DNA of 64,000 nucleotides from Cyanobacteria bacterium UBA1221 (GTDB lineage Bacteria; Cyanobacteriota; Vampirovibrionia; Gastranaerophilales; Gastranaerophilaceae): NCBI GenBank assembly GCA_002309425.1, contig DBXD01000066.1, positions 9,809 to 73,808 of the forward strand, read 5' to 3'. Shown piece by piece: positions 62,979 to 64,000 of this stretch (position 1 is its first letter; each line of letters starts with the position of its first letter). The notes under the pieces were generated by a model. It saw only the letters and a program-made list of their open reading frames with translations, ran no database searches and was not told where the DNA came from. The position numbers and the translations under genes were made by a program.

Positions 62979-64000
62979 TCACACTATTGCGCCATGGCTC
63001 GCATCAGATACACTGTTTGCATATTTTGCAAGATATCCTGAAGTTACCCTTGCTTCAAAAGGTTTCAGTATTTTCCTACGGCCTTCTAATTCTTCATCAG
63101 ACACCAATAGTTCAATAGAACGGGTCGGTATATCTATTTTAATTTTGTCACCATCTTTGATTAAAGCTATAACTCCCCCGTTTGCGGCCTCGGGACAAAT
63201 GTGCCCGACACAGATTCCTCTTGTTGCGCCGGAAAATCTTCCGTCGGTAATCAAGGCACAGGTTTTTCCCAATCCTTTTCCGACAAGCAAAGAAGTAGGC
63301 GCAAGCATTTCCCTCATACCGGGACCGCCTTTTGGGCCTTCGTATCTTATAACAATAACATCTCCTGCTTTAATTTTATCTTTTTCAAGCGCTGACATTG
63401 CATCTTCTTCACTATCGAAAGTTTTTGCGATTCCCTCAAACGTGTAACAATCTTTATCAACACCCGAAATTTTTATAACACAACCGTCTTTTGCCAAATT
63501 ACCATACAATACGCCAAGTCCGGCCTGAGTATATTCCGACTGTTCATACTTCGGAATTATTTTCTCATCCTGATACGCAGATTTTGCAATATCTTTTATT
63601 GTTAGCCCCGAAACCGTTTTTACATTACTCAAAAGGTTTGCATCATACAGGGATTTTGTGACAGCAGGGATACCGCCAGCCTGATGAAAATCAGTCATAG
63701 TAAGCGTGGATGACGGATTAATTTTTACAATCTGATGAATTTGACGGCTCAGTTTATCAAAATCGTCTATCGTAATATCAATATCCCCCGCATTTGCAAT
63801 CGCTAGAGTATGTAAAAATGTATTTGTGGAACCGCCGATTGCAAGAGAGGTTTTTATCATATTCAGCATACTGTCTTTTGTAATAATATCTTTTGGTTTT
63901 ACATCTTTTTTAACGAGTTCAACTATCTGCATACCGCTATCAAAGGCTATTCTTCGTTTTTGAGCAGAAACCGCAGAGGCTGACGAGCAATACGGCAAAC
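62979..64000 (-). CDS. ilvD: dihydroxy-acid dehydratase, C-terminal ~340 aa (N-terminus beyond the right edge)
   Basis: ...[14 protein letters not shown]..., [60 protein letters not shown]. The frame is open to the window end. Confidence 0.93.
   Translation of the reverse strand, partial: LPYCSSASAVSAQKRRIAFDSGMQIVELVKKDVKPKDIITKDSMLNMIKTSLAIGGSTNTFLHTLAIANAGDIDITIDDFDKLSRQIHQIVKINPSSTLTMTDFHQAGGIPAVTKSLYDANLLSNVKTVSGLTIKDIAKSAYQDEKIIPKYEQSEYTQAGLGVLYGNLAKDGCVIKISGVDKDCYTFEGIAKTFDSEEDAMSALEKDKIKAGDVIVIRYEGPKGGPGMREMLAPTSLLVGKGLGKTCALITDGRFSGATRGICVGHICPEAANGGVIALIKDGDKIKIDIPTRSIELLVSDEELEGRRKILKPFEARVTSGYLAKYANSVSDASHGAIV

Overview
AT-rich bacterial chromosomal window. No similarity search was possible, so all family calls rest on motifs I could read in the supplied translations or in my own translation. 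Recognisable housekeeping blocks: a Ski2-like helicase running off the left edge, a GT2 glycosyltransferase, rplS-rbgA-rnhB, pnuC, cstA plus a CorC/CNNM transporter, an RqcP-like S4 protein, a ShlB/FhaC-type Omp85 with Skp, a PSP1(RicT-like)-gpsA-murQ-ribH-ccdA-thioredoxin string, an aquaporin, a UDG, dnaE, partial ilvD, tRNA-Gln(CUG) and tRNA-Gly(GCC). Outer-membrane genes together with Firmicute-like rplS-ylqF-rnhB synteny and RqcP suggest a low-GC diderm lineage; this taxonomic guess is only an inference. Between these blocks lie large runs of lineage-specific ORFs (about 10.6-20.3 kb, 34.9-48.5 kb, 51.4-53.2 kb, 57.0-62.8 kb). The most interesting signal is that many of these otherwise unrelated ORFs (enzymes, membrane proteins, a 1369-aa giant, a 9xHTH protein) begin with a similar uncharged N/Q/S/T/Y/I-rich N-terminus (M-x-I/V...). 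This N-terminus ends in a P/S/V-x-F-x-G or x-F-G motif within the first 12-40 residues, which looks like a shared targeting or export tag. Several of them also share an upstream module, TAGCAA-N17/18-TTTAAT, placed so close to the ATG that the mRNAs would be leaderless. Other notable items: an operon of EF-hand-tagged putative proteases (one calpain-like, one HExxH); a GLUG/coiled-coil protein paired with an HExxH protein; a roughly 100-nt duplication of the dnaE leader and first codons bracketing a 663-aa gene; a tRNA-Gly whose 3' 18 nt are duplicated 172 nt downstream around a highly structured insert; a GGTGGGT-based inverted-repeat element; and a PBP5-like domain with all three catalytic motifs substituted. 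No CRISPR array, transposase, integrase or rRNA was seen.
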